From Corallochytrium limacisporum Hawaii (Eukaryota; Protista; Pluriformea), in NCBI GenBank assembly GCA_002811645.1, contig PDIP01000106.1:1-53538 (forward strand): a DNA stretch of 53,538 bases, read 5' to 3'. A model generated the notes under the pieces. It saw only the letters and a list, made by a program, of their open reading frames with translations, was not told where the DNA came from and ran no database searches. Below are positions 53,538 to 53,538 of this stretch, one piece after another. Made by a program: the position numbers and the translations under genes. Positions within the stretch are counted from its first letter, which is position 1. Each line of letters starts with the position of its first letter.

Positions 53538-53538
53538 G
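53445..53538. repeat. (AGAC)n tetranucleotide microsatellite running off the window end
   Basis: Perfect AGAC repeat of about 23 units. Confidence 0.99.

Noticed and set aside
53445-53538. Telomeric repeat at the window end
   Set aside because: AGAC/GTCT is an ordinary tetranucleotide microsatellite lacking G-runs; it more likely caused a contig break.

Overview
Eukaryotic, apparently intron-poor genomic DNA from a draft assembly (three N gaps, several microsatellites). The right half holds intronless housekeeping and metabolic genes: RAD51, an SCPx thiolase-SCP2 fusion, a bacterial-type Orn/Lys/Arg decarboxylase and a stand-alone response-regulator receiver protein. It also carries a heavily decayed Ty3/gypsy-like pol relic. 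The left ~33 kb is an accessory block built from local duplications. It contains two inverted paralogs of a secreted aerolysin/ETX-MTX2-like protein flanking a secreted purple acid phosphatase, an NMT1/THI5-family protein, two tandem Vps62/NLP-like genes and three tandem secreted Agd3-like (CE18) polysaccharide deacetylases. The most striking observation is a ~60-aa 10-cysteine module I cannot assign to a named family. It occurs 7 times, once on the phosphatase and twice on each deacetylase, so unrelated secreted enzymes share a putative targeting or binding tag. The host is probably a unicellular opisthokont/holozoan; a Corallochytrium-like intron-poor genome is a guess. All family calls are by-eye motif recognition; no searches were run.
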